From contig MCFH01000027.1 in the NCBI GenBank assembly GCA_002104945.1, positions 372,001 to 436,000 on the forward strand: a stretch of DNA of 64,000 nt, read 5' to 3'. Origin of the DNA: Piromyces finnis finn (taxonomy: Eukaryota > Fungi > Neocallimastigomycota). A program made the translations under genes and the position numbers. Shown piece by piece: positions 42,649-61,108 of the stretch. The notes below the pieces were generated by a model. It was given only the letters and a program-made list of their open reading frames with translations, searched no databases and was not told the origin of the DNA. Each line of letters opens with the position of its first letter. Positions within the stretch are counted from its first letter, which is position 1.

Positions 42649-43533
42649 TGACTTATTTACTGTATACACTATTTAAAAAAGCAATGCTAGAAAATACTCT
42701 AATAAATGAACTCTTTTTTAAAAATAGCTCTAAAAAAAAAAGGTTAGCCTAATAATCAAGTATAATAAATATTATAAGAATTAAAATTTCATAAAATAAA
42801 TGTCTATTTTAGGTTAGGACTTTGGTAATGGTGGGATAAAAAAAATTTTTTTTTTTATATTAATAAATATATTATAATAATTAAAATTTTATTGTAAAAT
42901 GTATATTTTTTATGGATTCGATAGTTCATGGGGATATAAAAATTAATCTAGGAATATATTAAATAAATTATATCAATTATATAAAATATATATATAAAAT
43001 GGAAAAAAAAAATAAATAAATTAAAGGATTCTTTTTTTTTTTTTTTATTTACTTTTTTTGAAATAAGAAGAAAAAAAAAAAAAAAAATTTAAATTTTATA
43101 GTATTTAGATATATAAAGAAAGAAGGAATAAAAAAAAAAAGATAAAAAGGTAAAATATAAAGATAAAAAATTATCTATCTATTTATTATTGAATATATAT
43201 ATAATATAAATATTATAAAGAATTCTATATAAATTTTCTAATGTATTTTTTTTTTTTTTTTATTTTAAAATTAATACATTTTTAATAGTTTAAATAAAAA
43301 GTTAAAATTTAACAATTTCAATTGTTATAATATTTCTTATTTTTAACTAAAATCTATTATTAAATACAACATAAATAGTTAGGGCGAAATAAAATATTCC
43401 AAAAAATAATTTTCTTAAAAGCTATAAAGAAAATATATTTTATAAATAAATATTAAATTTCATATTTAGATTAAAATTGATAATATTAAAAATAACCACT
43501 TATTACTACTTTATATATAAGGAATAAGAAATC

Positions 43534-44394
43534 ATGAATGGAAAAAATCTTTTTGTTCTTTTGTTTATATTATTAAATATCTTAACTTTTGTATACTCTC
43601 AGGATCCTGCTACAGGTGAGGATAATAAAGAACCAGATAACCCTGGTGGTGAACAAAATAATCCAAATCCAGGTACAAATCCAGGTACAAATCCAGGTAC
43701 AAATCCAGGTACAAATCCAGGTACAAATACTGGTGGTGATAATGATGACCCTCAAACAGGAGGAGATAACAACAACATCGGCAATAATAATCCAGCACCA
43801 CCAGGTGGTGGAGCTGATACTAATCAAACTGGTGCACCTCCTGTAGCAACATCAATTCAAAATCAACCTGGTGGTCCAAACCAAGAAACACCTGCTTTAA
43901 CTAATGTACCTATTCCAACAACAAAAGTTCTTTCTACAACAACACAACCCTCATTGATTGGGGTTAAAACAATTAGTGAAATTAACACAAACATGGGTAT
44001 TAAAACTACTGTTGCTAATGTCAATCCAATTCAAACTAATGTTGTTCAAACACAAGCGCAAAACACTGTTATTAAAAAGTATCCACAAACAGAATTTAAA
44101 AAATATGATGAGAGTGATAATAAAAACGAGGAAAATCAAAAATATTTAAATACTTTATATGTAATAAGTGTAATAATGTGTTCTGTATTAGTTGGTTTTG
44201 CATCTCTTACAATTTATAAGAAAGGTTTGGGTGATGAAACTTCTAATGCTTCAAAAACATGGGAAACTAATTTAGATGAAGATAGCTATAACAGAAATAA
44301 ATCTACAATTTCACGTAATACATTAACACCTTCAATTAGAAACCCCACTTTAAGTTCTCCAGGTTCTAATCCAACTAATACTCGATTCAATTAA
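43534..44394 (+). CDS. Intronless type-I membrane/cell-surface protein, 286 aa (signal peptide, NPGT repeats, T/P/N/Q-rich stalk, single TM, S/T-rich tail)
   Basis: Signal-like MNGKNLFVLLFILLNILTFVYS; TM LYVISVIMCSVLVGFASLTIY; higher GC than flanks. Confidence 0.85.
   Translation: MNGKNLFVLLFILLNILTFVYSQDPATGEDNKEPDNPGGEQNNPNPGTNPGTNPGTNPGTNPGTNTGGDNDDPQTGGDNNNIGNNNPAPPGGGADTNQTGAPPVATSIQNQPGGPNQETPALTNVPIPTTKVLSTTTQPSLIGVKTISEINTNMGIKTTVANVNPIQTNVVQTQAQNTVIKKYPQTEFKKYDESDNKNEENQKYLNTLYVISVIMCSVLVGFASLTIYKKGLGDETSNASKTWETNLDEDSYNRNKSTISRNTLTPSIRNPTLSSPGSNPTNTRFN
43666..43728 (+). repeat. Coding 12-bp tandem repeat aatccaggtaca x5 (NPGT)
   Basis: Five perfect copies, read directly. Confidence 0.95.
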
Positions 44395-44894
44395 TAAAAA
44401 ACAATTATTTTTTTTCTTTAAAAAATAAGTCATACAATTAATTGATTGTAAAATGAGAATAAAAAGAATTTAAAAATAGAAATAAAAATATTTCAAAAAT
44501 TTATATTATTTGTATTATCTTTATAAAAAAATATAAAATATATGTAAAATAAGAATATTAAGAATTTTAAAATAAAATAGATATTATTATCATAAATTAC
44601 CAATTAAATAAACAATTATTAAAAAAGAGTCTTTTTTATATATATATATTTTAAAAATAATATTTGATATTAGAAACTAAATATAAATACACACACATTA
44701 TATCTATATATTTTAAAAGAAAAAAATTAATGTAAATTTATTTATTTATTATTATTATTTTATTTTCAAAATTGTTGATTTTAATAAATAATTCGGCAGA
44801 AAAAAGTTTGAATTTATTAATATTAACAAAATCAAAATGAAAATTACATCGTGTATTTTGGAAAAGGTAATGAAAGAAAAAAATATTATAAAAT

Positions 44895-45372
44895 TTAATT
44901 TTGATTATTTTGAAGTTCAGCTCTATTGTTTAAAATAAAATAGATTGATATTGTTAGTATAGTTTTATAATTCTATTAAAAAAAAAAAAAAGTAAAATAA
45001 TATTTAAGATTATAACAATAATAAATTTTCATCATTTCAAATTATAAATTAATAATTACCTCAATTGTTTTGAAAATTCATCATCTATATCACTATCGTC
45101 CCAATTATCTTCCCAATATTGTGAATCATCTTGATCTTTTTGAACTTCCCAATCTATTTATATAAAAGGTTTTAAAGGAAATTAATATAAATTATTTGAA
45201 TTATATGAATATATATAAATTAAAAATTATTAAAATTGTATGATTTTAAATAACATTATAATAAATTGTTATTTAAATTTATTTTTAAATTATTATCAAT
45301 ATTATTACCATTTGCTGGGAAATCTTCAAAGTCATCATCTTCATCTATTTGTGTAGAATTATTTCTATCCAT
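44895..45372 (-). CDS. SEM1: SEM1/DSS1 proteasome lid subunit, 3 exons (45372-45309, 45153-45060, 44922-44895); not in the ORF track
   Basis: Spliced product MDRNNSTQIDEDDDFEDFPANDWEVQKDQDDSQYWEDNWDDSDIDDEFSKQLRAELQNNQN* carries the DDDFEDF, WEDNWDD and DDFS.QLR.EL-type signatures. Confidence 0.95.
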
Positions 45373-45462
45373 TATAAATTAAATTTATTAGTTAAATGAG
45401 AAATAAAAAATTGAAGGGTTTCAGTTTTTAAAATAAAAAGTTTTATATGAATAAATTAATTA

Positions 45463-45464
<2 letters not shown>

Positions 45465-45498
<34 letters not shown>

Positions 45499-45507
45499 AT
45501 GAATGAA

Positions 45508-45542
<35 letters not shown>

Positions 45543-45567
45543 ATGAATAAATAAATAAATAAATGAA

Positions 45568-45602
<35 letters not shown>

Positions 45603-45607
45603 ACGAA

Positions 45608-45638
<31 letters not shown>

Positions 45639-45743
45639 ATGAATAAATAAATAAATAAACGAATAAATAAATAAATAAACGAATAAATAAATAAATAAAT
45701 GAATAAATAAATAAATAAACGAATAAATAAATAAATAAACGAA

Positions 45744-45807
<64 letters not shown>

Positions 45808-45834
45808 AAATAAATAAATAAATAAATAAATATA
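45465..45834. repeat. (TAAA)n microsatellite with periodic GAAT/AAAC variants
   Basis: Read directly; source of spurious ORF 45463..45846. Confidence 0.95.
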
Positions 45835-45970
45835 AATTTTAAACACTATATTCTATAAATATAATATATTATTGTATTAAAATGTTAAAATATGATACAA
45901 TATTTAATATTTTTATTTTATTTTTGGATTTTTATAATTAATACATGAATTAGTATTTATTTATTATTTA

Positions 45971-48900
45971 TTATTCCCATAAAAATGCTTTCTTATTTCT
46001 ATATTTCATTTTTGCATCGTATTTTAGTATAGCATCCACATTAGTATTCTTTTCTTTTTTACGAAGGGTATTCATAATTCTATTCTTAGGAGTACTGTTA
46101 ATACTTTTGATATCTACCAGGTTTGATGACTTTCCTTTTATTTGTTTCATTTCATTTAGTTTTCTTTTTTTAGCAAAAAAGGTTTCTATATTTATATATA
46201 CATAAAAAAAAAAAAAAAAACATTATCGTCATTCGTTTGATAATTAGTATTATTTATTTCCTAAACTACTCGAGAACTAAATAATTCAATATTTATAATC
46301 TTACCATTGTTTGAATTAGAAGACATTGATTTAGCCAAATTATTTTCATCTTCAGGATTTATTGGATTTCCTTCATCATCTCTTGGAATGATTTTTCCAT
46401 GATATGGACAATTTTCTTTATCTCTTCTTTTACAAAGAGTTCCATTTGGCATTTTAGCCCGACATTCCTATTATTATTAATATATTACATTTTTAATAAA
46501 CATTTTTTTTATAAGAAATAACTAAATACATACTGGATATATAATTCTTTCTTTTTTAGGAAAATATATTGCTCTTTTCTGTAATCTTTCTAACGTTTCA
46601 TCAGAAATATAATTATTTCCTTCTGATACCCCAAAAAATCTATGTGACCTTTCTATTTATATATTTATATATTCATAATTAATAGAAAATAACTTTTATT
46701 ATTATACCAATAATTATAGTATTAAACAACTATTTTTTTTTATAATATTTTTTTAAAAAAAATTACCCATTCCACTGAATTCATTAAATTGAATTTTTGT
46801 TCTACCCCAATATAATAAATCATCATTAAATTCTACAACTGGTGCTGTCTTATATAATTCTATATCATTATAATAATTATATTTATAAAATAATTATTAG
46901 GATTGTTATTATCTTAAATATCTAGGATAAATTGTTTAATTTTAAAATTAAAAAGAATAGATACTAACCTTTTAAGTCATCCGGTATATTTTCTGGTATT
47001 GTTTGCCTATATTTTATAGCATTAAGATTTTTAATTTTTAATCTTTATTATACTTTAATATATAGATAGATATAGTTGATTATTTACTCGTCGTTGTTTT
47101 TTTCAACAGATATAATATTATTTTCAGAATTTAAATGATTAATGTTCATCACTGTGGGGTCTTTTTCAATATCATCATAATTCGCATAATCAATGTTAAA
47201 TACTTTATTGAATGATGAATTGGAACTAACTTTATTTGCAGTGTTACTTTTTACTTTCTTTTTATTATTAGTTATATTAATATTAATTGGTACTTCTTCA
47301 AAAGTTTCATCATCGTCATCATCGTCTTCATCACTATTTTCATTAAAATCATCTTGTGAATCAGAACCAAACAATTCTTCATTTAATAGTATGTCATTAT
47401 CATTATTGTCTGCTTCATTTTTCCCTTTATCTTTTTTAATTTTCTTCTCATCTAAATTTTTTTATATTAAAGAATAAAAAAATTTTAATATTTACAAGTT
47501 CAATATATATTAATACAAGCCAGTCGTTTTATTAGTTGTTATACCATCCAAAATGGTTCTTAATTCCATGATATTTAATTTTTCACATTTTTCTTTAATA
47601 TCCTTTAGTTTTTGTTTCCAAATATATAACATGCGTAAGGTTTCATTTTGCTTATTTTCATCCTAAATAAATATTTCATAAAATGATATATGTTATATAT
47701 AAAAATTTTTATATCATATTTAAATTTCAATTATAATACTCTTAATTTTTATTGAGCAAAAAGTTAGTTGATTTACATTAGTATCAATGTTTCTTATTTT
47801 TAATATCATATTTCCAACATCTTTTAGTTGACCCGATTTTATCTGATTATAATACTCACGAAGCTGTTGAAAAATAATTGTATTTTCCGAGGTTTCTTTT
47901 ACATTTAATTCTTTTAGTAACTCATCTTGATCTGGTGATATTACAATAGGATAAACCACTTTTTTATTTTCCTATACCATTATTATTATTATTTTAAAAA
48001 ATTATTTTATAGAAAAATATTATTTTATTATGAATATAATTGTTAATAAGTATTAATACTTTTTTTAATTCCTCTGAATGCTTTTTCTGATTAATCGGTA
48101 TATTTATTGGAACTTCTGGAATTAATATATGAAAACAAGATTCCTATTGTAAATTTAATAGTTAATAAATAATAATATTATGCAAAGTATTTTTCAACAT
48201 TTTTACTATTTATATTTACGGTAACATTGACGGTCTCATTAACTTTTTCTCTTAATATTTCAATGCTTTCCAAAGCTTTATGAAATCTTTCTTCATTTTT
48301 TCTCTTTATTTGTGTATAATATGAGGATCAATTATATATGTATTTTTAATATTAAAAGAGGTATTAATATATTTATTTATAAATATATATACTTGATTTT
48401 CAAGTTCTTGTTCAATTGATGCTTGCTGATTATTTTTCATATAATTGTATCCGATTTTTATCTTAATATATATACAAAATTAAATTATCATAGTTAATCA
48501 TTTTTTTTTTTTTTTATTTTATTTTTGAGAATATGAAAGACAATAGTTTACTTGTGTATTTTTATCACTAAATTTATTATTCCATTCAACCATGGTATTA
48601 TATGTTAGGATTTTAAGTTTTGAGGCCCAATTTTTTGGTAGTGGTAATTTATCAGAACATACTATATTAAATAAATAATACAGTTGTTATTATTATATAT
48701 TTATTATATATGTATTATTAATCAAAGAATAATGTTACAGATATTATTTATATTATATATTAATATAATTAAATAAAAATTAGGCAACAATTCATATATA
48801 TATTTTAAATTATTATATGTAAAAACAGTAATGGAAATAAAAACTTGTTAAATCTAGCATTTCTGGTAAATTATCAATAATCTTTTTACGGAAAATCACT

Positions 48901-49793
48901 GCTCTATGAAACAAATAATCAATTAGTTGAATGCAAGAATATCTTATCTTTAGTGAAAATGGCCAATAATAGCATCAGTATAATATTAAGGATTATTTCA
49001 TATATATTTATACAAAAGAAAATAATAAATTTCAGATATAAAATATAATAAAATTAAAATTGTCTGTTAAATATTTATGAAATTTTGTATATAAAACAAT
49101 TAAATTATTCAAAGTATATAATAAATATTAAATAAGAATAAAATAAAATAAATATAAATGTATATAAAAGCCCATGGATATTACTTGGGAATGATTTTTT
49201 TGTAATTGACTCCATATAAAATCATATGTAAACATTACATTTTCGTCTGATTTTCTACAAAGACATTTAATTGCCTAGCATTTATTTTCATTTATTATTA
49301 TTATTATTTTTTTAAAAATTATTATTATATTGTTATTAATTGAATTAGAAATATTAATTTTAATTAATATTAATGATTATCAAAAAGAAAAAAAAAAAAT
49401 TATTAAAATGTATATTTGAATAAAAATTTCAAAAATCCATTAAAAAAAAAAAAAAAAAAGAAACTATAATAATTATCCACATCTTATATTATAACTTATT
49501 CTTTTCAATATATATATATATATATTTAAAAAAAGGAGAAATAAATGAATTATATTTCTTAAAGTTATCTTTTAAAATTTGAAGTTCAATTACAAATGGA
49601 TTTAACAAATTATTTTGAATATATAGAAAAAAATCAAGTGAATATTAACTTTTAAGTACTCAATATCTAAATGATTTTTTCCTTTTGACGTAATATCACG
49701 AACTAGTATTTTTAGACGAATTTCATCACTCAAAGTTACATCTTTTAATAAGCTTATTGGATCTTTGCTTTTTTTCTTTTCGTTTAATGACAT
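45971..49793 (-). CDS. UVSSA: UV-stimulated scaffold protein A homolog (VHS-like N-terminus plus DUF2043), about 13 exons
   Basis: N-term [25 protein letters not shown]; C-terminal signature [34 protein letters not shown]; ends RNKKAFLWE*. Confidence 0.88.
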
Positions 49794-50001
49794 TTTAAAT
49801 TTTGATTAACAATTTTACATATATATAGCATTATTCAAATATATAATAATTATTTATTTATATGCTTTTTTTTTTATTTATTTTTTTATAAAAAACTGAT
49901 GAAAACTTTTTAATAAATGAAATTTGATTCTTAGGCTTGTCTTTAATTTTAAGAAAATTAGATAATAAAATAAAAATAAAAATATATTAAATTTTTTAAA
50001 T

Positions 50002-50002
<1 letters not shown>

Positions 50003-50061
<59 letters not shown>

Positions 50062-50216
50062 ATATATATATAAATAAATATATATATAAATAAATAAATA
50101 TATATATATAAATAAATAAATAAATGAATGAATGAATGAATAAATAAATAAATAAATAAATAAATGAATAAATAAATAAATAAATAAATAAATATATAAA
50201 TAAATAAATAAATAAA
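50003..50216. repeat. (TAAA)n microsatellite with TA and GAAT interruptions
   Basis: Read directly; about 210 bp upstream of the UVSSA start. Confidence 0.9.
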
Positions 50217-51140
50217 TTTAATATTTTATTTTAATGGATAACCCAACTCTTTTTTTTAATATCATCATTAAATTTTCACAAATATAAATTTTAAAATGAT
50301 ATTAGAAATGGTCAAAATGCTTTTTGTTTAAAAAATATAAAATATATATTTGAAGAATATTTTAATATGTTGAAATATATTCTCTTTACCTTTTTATGAT
50401 TGAATAATACAAACATAAAGATTATTTGTATAATTCATTATTAATAAGAGAGTTTTAAAAGTAAAATAGTTTAATAAATAAATTTTATAATTTTTTAATA
50501 ATTTTATTTTTTTATAATTTATAATATATTAAAACCAATATATTACAATATATTTAAACTTTGCGTAAATCATCAAATTGTTTATAAAAATAAAAAAATG
50601 TTTTTTTTTTTTTAAAAAGAAATAATTATTGGAATTATTTTTTATGTTCATTTTTAAATAAATATAGCATTGGTAACCTAACTCAGTAGTGTCTTTCTTT
50701 AAACGACTTCTTTATTTATAATAAAGTAATGAAAATACTAATATTATATATGAAATACAAAAAAACTATTTAAAATAATGTTATGAATATGGGATATATG
50801 AAAGTGTATTTAATAAATATTTACATCTAGAGGTTTAATTATTAATCACCACAAAACATTAAAATTTATATTTCAGGTTCAATTACTTCAATTTAAAACT
50901 AAAAATGTAATATATTCGATATAACCAAAATAAAAATGATTTACATTAACAAACTTTTTCTTTTCTTTTCTTTTTTTTTCTTTTCCTTTTTTTTTTCAAC
51001 ACTACACTATTATAAAGATGTAAATTATACAACCATATAAATTTCAATAATGAATTAATATATATACCATTTTTATATAATGTTTTTCAATTTATTTTAA
51101 TGAAATAAATAAATATGAATAAGTAAAAAAAAATTTACAA

Positions 51141-51177
<37 letters not shown>

Positions 51178-51967
51178 GAAAAATAGTAAATATTATTATT
51201 TTGATATTTAATTAATTTGTAATTACTGATACCTGATACATTTCAAATTTAAAACAATTTATTATTTAAATTTCTGACAAATTTCTCAAATTTATCTATA
51301 TAATTTAGTATTTATATACATATATTTTTTTTATTTATTATTTAACAATTAAAAAATAGAAACTAACATCAAATTATTATACACATTAAATAATATTTTA
51401 TTTTTTCACAACTTTACTTAAATTATTTGAATTTTTATATCCGATAAAAATAAATATAATAAAAGCAAGTCATATTGAAATCAAAAATCCAATCAATCAA
51501 TAATTAATATATTTATAAATTTGAATATTTATTCATGAACAATAATAAAATTACATTAAACAACAAATTAATGAATTAATGAATTATTTTTGAAAATAAA
51601 TATAATAATTGTATTTATAACAATATATATTTTCATTTTTTTAAAAAATGCATTATATATATTAAATAACAACAAATATTTATTAATAATTTAAATGTAT
51701 TATATATATATAATACATATATATAAAAACTAAAATATAAAATAAAAATTATACATATTAAAAAGTATTTTTTATATCAATATCAAAAGTAACTTTTAAA
51801 AATTTCATTATAAATTATAAATATAATAAAAAGAAAATAATATAATTATATAAAAAAATCGTAATATTTATATATATATAAAAGCAAAACAAAACAAAAC
51901 GAAGAAGTGAATAAAATATAGAAAAGAAAGCACAATAAATTAATATATAACTAAATTGAAATAAAGA

Positions 51968-56813
<4,846 letters not shown>

Positions 56814-57383
56814 ATCATTTTAATAGTACTTTAATACCTTTTATCAAATAATAAAGTAAAATATAAAAAACAAAACAAAAAACAAAAAACAAAAAAACAA
56901 AACAAAAAGAAGCAAAAAGCAAAAACAAAAACAAAAAAGAAATATAGATATATATTTATCATTTTAATTCAATTTATTTAAAAATTCTTTTTTTAATTTT
57001 CGTACATTTTATTATTCCCATTTATAATAAAAAAAAATATATATTTAAATTAACCCATTATTTATAAATAAATTATATTTCCATACTAAATAGTTTTAAA
57101 AATTAAAATATAAATTATGTTTAATAGATAAAGTATCAATATATAATTATCAAAATCTATTTTTATTTATATTTAATAAAGTCAAAAGAAACATATATAT
57201 AAAAAATATAAAAAATATATAGTTTTTTTTTTTTTTCTTTTTCTTTTTGTTTTTTATACTTATTTTTAAATTTGATTCTTCTTTGATCTTTTTTTATTTT
57301 TATTTTTATAAAAGTATAATATTTGAAAACTATTAAAGTAAATGAAAAAATGTAATAAAAAGAAAAGTTTAAAAACAACATTT

Positions 57384-57400
57384 AAATCAATAAATCAATA

Positions 57401-57493
<93 letters not shown>

Positions 57494-57510
57494 GTAAATA
57501 AGTAAATAAG

Positions 57511-57545
<35 letters not shown>

Positions 57546-57600
57546 ATATAGAAATAAATATAGAAATAAATATAGAAATGAATATAGGAATGAATAGAGA
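57384..57600. repeat. Compound satellite grading from (TCAA) to (TAAA) to (TAAG) to a 12-mer aaataaatatag
   Basis: Read directly. Confidence 0.9.
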
Positions 57601-57906
57601 AATATAATTAATGAGCAGTTTAAAAGTAATTTTACTTTTTTTTTTATTTATTATTATCTTTACATGTATAATGATCGGATTACTATATTTAAAAAAAGTT
57701 AAATATTATAACTTTCTTATTTAAAATAATAATAAAAAGAATATATATATTTTTTGTATCTTTTTCTCATTAGATTATTTAAAATTAAGAAACAACTATT
57801 TTCAATAATTTTGAATATATCTTTTCTAAATATTTAAAATAGTCTTTATCTTTAACTCTTTTTTTACATTTTCATTCAATTTAAATAATTTTTCGAAACC
57901 TATTTT

Positions 57907-57911
57907 TTATC

Positions 57912-57956
<45 letters not shown>

Positions 57957-60499
57957 TTAATTTGATCTGTAAACATATAAAATACCTTTTCCCATTGATA
58001 TTGATACATAGAAGTGAACATCTAAGTTCTTCTAAATCAATGGTTAATTTTAATACTTGTAGTAAAAAAGAATTGGAATTAAGTATATTGATAAATTTAG
58101 AATATATTTGAATGGCATTTTTAATTTCAATTCGCGTTTTATATTTAACCATGATTCTTTTTCTCTATATATTTTTATAGATATTATTACATTTTTTTAT
58201 ATCATATCTATTATCTTCAATTGAATGCTCTGATAAAGAATCTTCAGCTTCATTAAACAATTTTTCTTTCACTCCATTATAAAACTCAGCATTTAAATAA
58301 GTAAAAGATAATGCAGCAATGCATAAAGCTAAAAGACCTTCTAGTTCATAATATCTTAATTCTGTTTTTATTTTCTATTTGAGTTGATTTATTGTCATTT
58401 TGCATATGATTTTCATTTTTATTCATTTCCTTTTTCTTTAAATGAGAATAGTTTGAATCACCTTCTGGAAAAATAAATAAATCATCTTCTACTTTTGCTT
58501 TTAAGATATAACGACAAGTAGCAACACAAGAAATTAAATAAAAAGGTAAATTTTTTAATATCATTTATATCTAAATGGAATAAATTAATGTATTTTTTAA
58601 ATCTTTCATCAACAGAATTAAATTTAATTTCTTCTCTTTTAATAGGAATTAATTCATCAGTTAATCTAATTTCAGTTGAACTAAATCCTTTTCTTCTTAA
58701 TTCCTTAATAGAAACATCTTGATCATAATTACCAGTAGTATCAAGATTCAACATGATTTTACATATTTCTTTTCTTAATTTGTAAGTTATATTCCAGCAA
58801 TTTTCCTTTTCCAAATTTTCGAAATATTGTACACATAAATAGTAATTATTTATTAATACTAGAAAAGTTAATAAAATATATTATATTAATATTAGTATTA
58901 TATATAATATTTATATATTTTTATGTATATATGAAAAAGACAAAAGATAAAAAAAAAAAACTTACTGTTTAAGATTTTGTTATTAATATTACCAGAATAA
59001 TAATTATCTAAGATTTGTTCATCAAGGAAAGAAATTTTATTTATAATATTTTTATTATCACAATAGAATGAATTGCCTTTGTATTTTTTTATAATAGCTT
59101 TATTTTTTTTAATGTCACAATCCTCAATATTACTAGTTTTAATATACTCTCTTACTGAATTAACAAATTCTATTTGAAATTTATTCCATTGTTTTTTGTT
59201 ATTAAACCACTTTTTTATTTCTTCAAATAATTGTTTAATGACTTCTTTCTGAAGTTCAGTAAGATCCTTACACTCACCAACGCGTGAATACTTTGGGTTA
59301 GAAATATTATTACTTTTTGCTTGTTTAATCATACATAAAACAAAAATTATAATTTTTCTGACATAATCCTTCTTACCCTCTTCATATTCAACACTAATAA
59401 ATTCTAGTTTTTCAAATTTCTCAGTGGTTTTAAACTCTTTTATATGTTTTTTAATATTATTATAAATAATAATAGAATCATTTCCACATAATGTACCACA
59501 TATTGGCATAATCTCTTTATCCATATCTAAGGATTTACTAATAATTTCACTATTATTTGATTTATATTCTATTTTGAGATCATCATTTTTAGTATTATTT
59601 GGAAATTTCAAATCTGAAAAATTAACATAATTTGGCACATCATATATTAAAAAGTCAGAGTCATTACTTAAAACAAAACTATTATTAATAAAATATATAT
59701 AAAAAATATTAGAAATATTATTTTACTAGATTTTATTTAATAATAAATTTTAACTTACATTTTATTATTTGGATTTTCTTTTTTGAGGTTATTAGCTATT
59801 TTAAAAATACTGGGATCTGCCTCAAATAATGAAAAATTTAATATCTATTTTATCGAAAATTTCTTTTGAATCCTTAATTATTTGAATATAATTCGTTATA
59901 TTAAGAGGTGAAGGAGAGAAATCCAATTCACTTTTATTTTTAATATCTTTATAAATGTATTTTTTTTTCTGAAAATTTCTTATTAATTTTTTTTTAATCT
60001 TGTAATTCTCTTATTTCCCTGTTCTTTTCTCTTTTCTTTTTTAATAAGAGTATCAGCCCCATCAAAAACAAATATTAATTTTTTAATTTTTTTATTGAAA
60101 AAAATTAGTTAATTTTCTTTCATCTATAATTTTTGAGTATTTCAATACAAAAAATTTATTTTATTAGTAAGTAATTTTATTTAATTATCGTAACAATAAT
60201 AATCTAATAATAAACATAACAATTATAATGACAACAATAATAATACCTTTGTTGTGTTATTTATCAAATTTAAAATATCATATTCAAACCATTTACTTTT
60301 TTTTTCAAGTTCATAATAAAATACTCCTCCATCTATTATTATATAAATTGAATCATCGTCACATGTTGGTTCTAAATAGTCAACTTTTTTATCTTTACCT
60401 TCTAATTTTGAGAAAAGTTCTTTGTTTATTTGCCATTCTCCAGATTCTCGACAAATATCATTTTCATACCTTACTATATGATTTTAGTATTCTTACCAT
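57907..60499 (-). pseudogene. Disrupted Asteroid/PIN family copy (copy 2) with multiple frameshifts
   Basis: Motifs IIDGG, FVFDG, FEAD, SNDSDFLIY and CGTLCGND are present. The frame breaks near 60475, 60100, 60000, 59835, 58553, 58367 and 58022, judged against copies 1 and 3. Confidence 0.6.
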
Positions 60500-60652
60500 T
60501 CTACTTTGAATTTTTTAAAAAACCATATATTTTTATTTATGTTTTTATTTAATTATCTTTTTTTCTTTTTTAATTTTTAATTTTTTTTATTTTTATTATT
60601 ATTATTTTTTTATTTTTATTTTTTTTTTTTTATTTTTATTATTATTATTTTT

Positions 60653-60687
<35 letters not shown>

Positions 60688-61070
60688 TTTTTTTTTATAT
60701 TTTTATTTCAACTTTTAAAAGTAAACATTTCCTCGAAACCTTTTTCATTTTATGGATTATTCATTAAACTATTAACCAATAACATAATTTTAAAATTTAA
60801 TTAAATATAGACAAATAAAATTATATGCAATTTTTGGTACTGGATGGACATACTATAGACATTGTTTGAAAAAAACATTAACAATAGAACAAATTTTGTT
60901 TTTAGTAGGCTTGGAATCTGCTCGATTTTTTGGAGATGTTCAGCATTAGATAAATAATAATACTTATATATTATTACTAATCTAATGATTATAATAATAA
61001 TAATAGTTTTATTCTTTTCGTATGAGAATTATATTTAAACCATCTATATCATTTTATAAATTTAATAAAA

Positions 61071-61108
<38 letters not shown>

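Noticed and set aside
43582-44149. Overlapping alternative-frame and antisense ORFs (ICTW, QIQV and LYLD repeats)
   Set aside because: These are shadows of the 12-bp NPGT coding repeat.
45463-45846. 127-aa FIYL-repeat ORF (also 33275..33613)
   Set aside because: It is a translation of a (TAAA)n microsatellite, not a gene.
26321-49793. A DNA-repair gene cluster (UNG, Asteroid, SEM1, UVSSA)
   Set aside because: The genes are interleaved with unrelated ribosome-biogenesis and membrane genes over 23 kb. Co-location is probably chance, apart from the UNG-Asteroid divergent pair.
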